From Escherichia coli (GTDB taxonomy: Bacteria; Pseudomonadota; Gammaproteobacteria; Enterobacterales; Enterobacteriaceae): a DNA stretch of 64,000 bases. The notes beneath the pieces are model-generated. The model was not told the DNA's origin and ran no database searches. It saw nothing but the letters and a program-made list of their open reading frames with translations. The translations under genes and the position numbers were made by a program. Each line of letters begins with the position of its first letter. Position 1 is the stretch's first letter. The stretch lies in the NCBI RefSeq assembly GCF_030013595.1, contig NZ_CP122768.1. One strand, written 5' to 3'. Below, piece by piece: positions 60,393 to 64,000 of the stretch.

Positions 60393-61727
60393 ATGAGTTC
60401 TGCCAAGAAGATCGGGCTATTTGCCTGTACCGGTGTTGTTGCCGGTAATATGATGGGGAGCGGTATTGCATTATTACCTGCGAACCTAGCAAGTATCGGT
60501 GGTATTGCTATCTGGGGTTGGATTATCTCTATTATTGGTGCAATGTCGCTGGCGTATGTATATGCCCGACTGGCAACAAAAAACCCGCAACAAGGTGGCC
60601 CAATTGCTTATGCCGGAGAAATTTCCCCTGCATTTGGTTTTCAGACAGGTGTTCTTTATTACCATGCTAACTGGATTGGTAACCTGGCGATTGGTATTAC
60701 CGCTGTATCTTATCTTTCCACCTTCTTCCCAGTATTAAATGATCCTGTTCCGGCGGGTATCGCCTGTATTGCTATCGTCTGGGTATTTACCTTTGTAAAT
60801 ATGCTCGGCGGTACCTGGGTAAGCCGTTTAACCACTATTGGTCTGGTGCTGGTTCTTATTCCTGTGGTAATGACAGCTATTGTTGGCTGGCATTGGTTTG
60901 ATGCTGCGACTTATGCTGCTAACTGGAATACTGCGGATACCACCGATGGTCATGCGATCATTAAAAGTATTCTGCTCTGCCTGTGGGCCTTCGTGGGTGT
61001 TGAATCCGCAGCTGTAAGTACTGGTATGGTTAAAAACCCGAAACGTACCGTTCCGCTGGCAACCATGCTGGGTACTGGTTTAGCAGGTATTGTTTATATC
61101 GCTGCGACTCAGGTGCTTTCCGGTATGTATCCGTCTTCTGTAATGGCAGCTTCCGGTGCTCCGTTTGCAATCAGTGCTTCAACTATCCTCGGTAACTGGG
61201 CTGCGCCGCTGGTTTCTGCATTCACCGCCTTTGCGTGCCTGACCTCTCTGGGCTCCTGGATGATGTTGGTAGGCCAGGCAGGTGTACGTGCCGCTAACGA
61301 CGGTAACTTCCCGAAAGTTTATGGTGAAGTCGACAGCAACGGTATTCCGAAAAAAGGTCTGCTGCTGGCTGCAGTGAAAATGACTGCCCTGATGATCCTC
61401 ATCACTCTGATGAACTCTGCCGGTGGTAAAGCATCTGACCTGTTCGGTGAACTGACCGGTATCGCAGTACTGCTGACTATGCTGCCGTACTTCTACTCTT
61501 GCGTTGACCTGATTCGTTTTGAAGGCGTTAACATCCGCAACTTTGTCAGCCTGATCTGCTCTGTACTGGGTTGCGTGTTCTGCTTCATCGCGCTGATGGG
61601 CGCAAGCTCCTTCGAGCTGGCAGGTACCTTCATCGTCAGCCTGATTATCCTGATGTTCTACGCTCGCAAAATGCACGAGCGCCAGAGCCACTCAATGGAT
61701 AACCACACAGCGTCTAACGCACATTAA
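60393..61727 (+). CDS. cadB: lysine/cadaverine antiporter CadB
   Basis: 444 aa APC-family transporter upstream of cadA. Confidence 0.95.
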   Translation: MSSAKKIGLFACTGVVAGNMMGSGIALLPANLASIGGIAIWGWIISIIGAMSLAYVYARLATKNPQQGGPIAYAGEISPAFGFQTGVLYYHANWIGNLAIGITAVSYLSTFFPVLNDPVPAGIACIAIVWVFTFVNMLGGTWVSRLTTIGLVLVLIPVVMTAIVGWHWFDAATYAANWNTADTTDGHAIIKSILLCLWAFVGVESAAVSTGMVKNPKRTVPLATMLGTGLAGIVYIAATQVLSGMYPSSVMAASGAPFAISASTILGNWAAPLVSAFTAFACLTSLGSWMMLVGQAGVRAANDGNFPKVYGEVDSNGIPKKGLLLAAVKMTALMILITLMNSAGGKASDLFGELTGIAVLLTMLPYFYSCVDLIRFEGVNIRNFVSLICSVLGCVFCFIALMGASSFELAGTFIVSLIILMFYARKMHERQSHSMDNHTASNAH

Positions 61728-61742
61728 TTAAAAGTATTTTCC

Positions 61743-61790
61743 GAGGCTCCTCCTTTCATTTTGTCCCATGTGTTGGGAGGGGCCTTTTTT
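61743..61790 (+). terminator. putative attenuating terminator between cadB and cadA
   Basis: Imperfect GC-rich inverted repeat ggctcctcc...gggaggggcc followed by tttttt. Confidence 0.45.
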
Positions 61791-61806
61791 ACCTGGAGAT
61801 ATGACT

Positions 61807-63954
61807 ATGAACGTTATTGCAATATTGAATCACATGGGGGTTTATTTTAAAGAAGAACCCATCCGTGAACTTCATCGCGCGCTTGAACGTCTGAACTTCC
61901 AGATTGTTTACCCGAACGACCGTGACGACTTATTAAAACTGATCGAAAACAATGCGCGTCTGTGCGGCGTTATTTTTGACTGGGATAAATATAATCTCGA
62001 GCTGTGCGAAGAAATTAGCAAAATGAACGAGAACCTGCCGTTGTACGCGTTCGCTAATACGTATTCCACTCTCGATGTAAGCCTGAATGACCTGCGTTTA
62101 CAGATTAGCTTCTTTGAATATGCGCTGGGTGCTGCTGAAGATATTGCTAACAAGATCAAGCAGACCACTGACGAATATATCAACACTATTCTGCCTCCGC
62201 TGACCAAAGCACTGTTTAAATATGTTCGTGAAGGTAAATATACTTTCTGTACTCCTGGTCACATGGGCGGTACTGCATTCCAGAAAAGCCCGGTAGGTAG
62301 CCTGTTCTATGATTTCTTTGGTCCGAACACCATGAAATCTGATATTTCCATTTCAGTATCTGAACTGGGTTCTCTGCTGGATCACAGTGGTCCACACAAA
62401 GAAGCAGAACAGTATATCGCTCGCGTCTTTAACGCAGACCGCAGCTACATGGTGACCAACGGTACTTCCACTGCGAACAAAATTGTTGGTATGTACTCTG
62501 CTCCAGCAGGCAGCACCATTCTGATTGACCGTAACTGCCACAAATCGCTGACCCACCTGATGATGATGAGCGATGTTACGCCAATCTATTTCCGCCCGAC
62601 CCGTAACGCTTACGGTATTCTTGGTGGTATCCCACAGAGTGAATTCCAGCACGCTACCATTGCTAAGCGCGTGAAAGAAACACCAAACGCAACCTGGCCG
62701 GTACATGCTGTAATTACTAACTCTACCTATGATGGTCTGCTGTACAACACCGACTTCATCAAGAAAACACTGGATGTGAAATCCATCCACTTTGACTCCG
62801 CGTGGGTGCCTTACACCAACTTCTCACCGATTTACGAAGGTAAATGCGGTATGAGCGGTGGCCGTGTAGAAGGGAAAGTGATTTACGAAACCCAGTCTAC
62901 TCACAAACTGCTGGCGGCGTTCTCTCAGGCTTCCATGATCCACGTTAAAGGTGACGTAAACGAAGAAACCTTTAACGAAGCCTACATGATGCACACCACC
63001 ACTTCTCCGCACTACGGTATCGTGGCGTCCACTGAAACCGCTGCGGCGATGATGAAAGGCAATGCAGGTAAGCGTCTGATCAACGGTTCCATTGAACGTG
63101 CGATCAAATTCCGTAAAGAGATCAAACGTCTGAGAACGGAATCTGATGGCTGGTTCTTTGATGTATGGCAGCCGGATCATATCGATACGACTGAATGCTG
63201 GCCGCTGCGTTCTGACAGCACCTGGCACGGCTTCAAAAACATCGATAACGAGCACATGTATCTTGACCCGATCAAAGTCACCCTGCTGACTCCGGGGATG
63301 GAAAAAGACGGCACCATGAGCGACTTTGGTATTCCGGCCAGCATCGTGGCGAAATACCTCGACGAACATGGCATCGTTGTTGAGAAAACCGGTCCGTATA
63401 ACCTGCTGTTCCTGTTCAGCATCGGTATCGATAAGACCAAAGCACTGAGCCTGCTGCGTGCTCTGACAGACTTCAAACGTGCGTTCGATCTGAACCTGCG
63501 TGTGAAAAACATGCTGCCGTCTCTGTATCGTGAAGATCCTGAATTCTATGAAAACATGCGTATTCAGGAACTGGCTCAGAATATCCACAAACTGATTGTT
63601 CACCACAATCTGCCGGATCTGATGTATCGCGCATTTGAAGTTCTGCCGACCATGGTAATGACTCCGTATGCTGCGTTCCAGAAAGAGCTGCACGGTATGA
63701 CCGAAGAAGTTTACCTCGACGAAATGGTAGGTCGTATTAACGCCAATATGATCCTTCCGTATCCGCCGGGAGTTCCTCTGGTAATGCCGGGTGAAATGAT
63801 CACCGAAGAAAGCCGTCCGGTTCTGGAGTTCCTGCAGATGCTGTGTGAAATCGGCGCTCACTATCCGGGCTTTGAAACCGATATTCACGGTGCATACCGT
63901 CAGGCTGATGGCCGCTATACCGTTAAGGTATTGAAAGAAGAAAGCAAAAAATAA
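61807..63954 (+). CDS. cadA: inducible lysine decarboxylase CadA
   Basis: Start at MNVIAILNHMGVYFKEEP (715 aa); PLP-binding region with STHKLL present. Confidence 0.97.
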   Translation: MNVIAILNHMGVYFKEEPIRELHRALERLNFQIVYPNDRDDLLKLIENNARLCGVIFDWDKYNLELCEEISKMNENLPLYAFANTYSTLDVSLNDLRLQISFFEYALGAAEDIANKIKQTTDEYINTILPPLTKALFKYVREGKYTFCTPGHMGGTAFQKSPVGSLFYDFFGPNTMKSDISISVSELGSLLDHSGPHKEAEQYIARVFNADRSYMVTNGTSTANKIVGMYSAPAGSTILIDRNCHKSLTHLMMMSDVTPIYFRPTRNAYGILGGIPQSEFQHATIAKRVKETPNATWPVHAVITNSTYDGLLYNTDFIKKTLDVKSIHFDSAWVPYTNFSPIYEGKCGMSGGRVEGKVIYETQSTHKLLAAFSQASMIHVKGDVNEETFNEAYMMHTTTSPHYGIVASTETAAAMMKGNAGKRLINGSIERAIKFRKEIKRLRTESDGWFFDVWQPDHIDTTECWPLRSDSTWHGFKNIDNEHMYLDPIKVTLLTPGMEKDGTMSDFGIPASIVAKYLDEHGIVVEKTGPYNLLFLFSIGIDKTKALSLLRALTDFKRAFDLNLRVKNMLPSLYREDPEFYENMRIQELAQNIHKLIVHHNLPDLMYRAFEVLPTMVMTPYAAFQKELHGMTEEVYLDEMVGRINANMILPYPPGVPLVMPGEMITEESRPVLEFLQMLCEIGAHYPGFETDIHGAYRQADGRYTVKVLKEESKK

Positions 63955-63965
63955 TTAGCTCGTAC

Positions 63966-63996
63966 AAGGGAAGTGGCTTGCCACTTCCCTTTTTTG
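63966..63996 (+). terminator. rho-independent terminator after cadA
   Basis: aagggaagtggc-ttg-ccacttccctt hairpin followed by ttttttg. Confidence 0.8.
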
Positions 63997-64000
63997 CTCA

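Noticed and set aside
62824-63888. 354-aa minus-strand ORF
   Set aside because: Antisense to cadA; artefact.

Overview
This window is Escherichia coli/Shigella-type chromosome covering the conserved yjeM-epmA-frdABCD-ampC-blc-sugE-ecnAB-efp-epmB-yjeJ-yjeI-groESL-yjeH-fxsA-aspA-dcuA-cutA-dsbD-yjdC backbone (1..22.5 kb), then tRNA-Phe (22562..22637) followed by a roughly 36.7 kb accessory island (about 22.6..59.3 kb), and finally a truncated cadC with intact cadB and cadA. The island carries a P4-type integrase, two directly repeated IS1 copies, the fecIRABCDE ferric-citrate operon, a two-partner-secretion pseudogene remnant, an orphan LacI/PTS module, an IS3-like fragment and a deoxyribose-type deoKPX module whose 5' end is cut by IS1. 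The most interesting element is an 18-gene, tightly overlapping operon (35178..50199) encoding a dedicated type-II-PKS/FAS-like machinery plus acyltransferases and an outer-membrane export module. Its gene order and content match the aryl-polyene (APE) pigment cluster family, so by family it is a known system; I cannot tell from sequence alone whether this instance or its island context has been described. All calls rest on reading the supplied translations, recognisable motifs and gene order from memory; no database search was run. Coordinates of starts were refined by eye where the ORF track over-extends.
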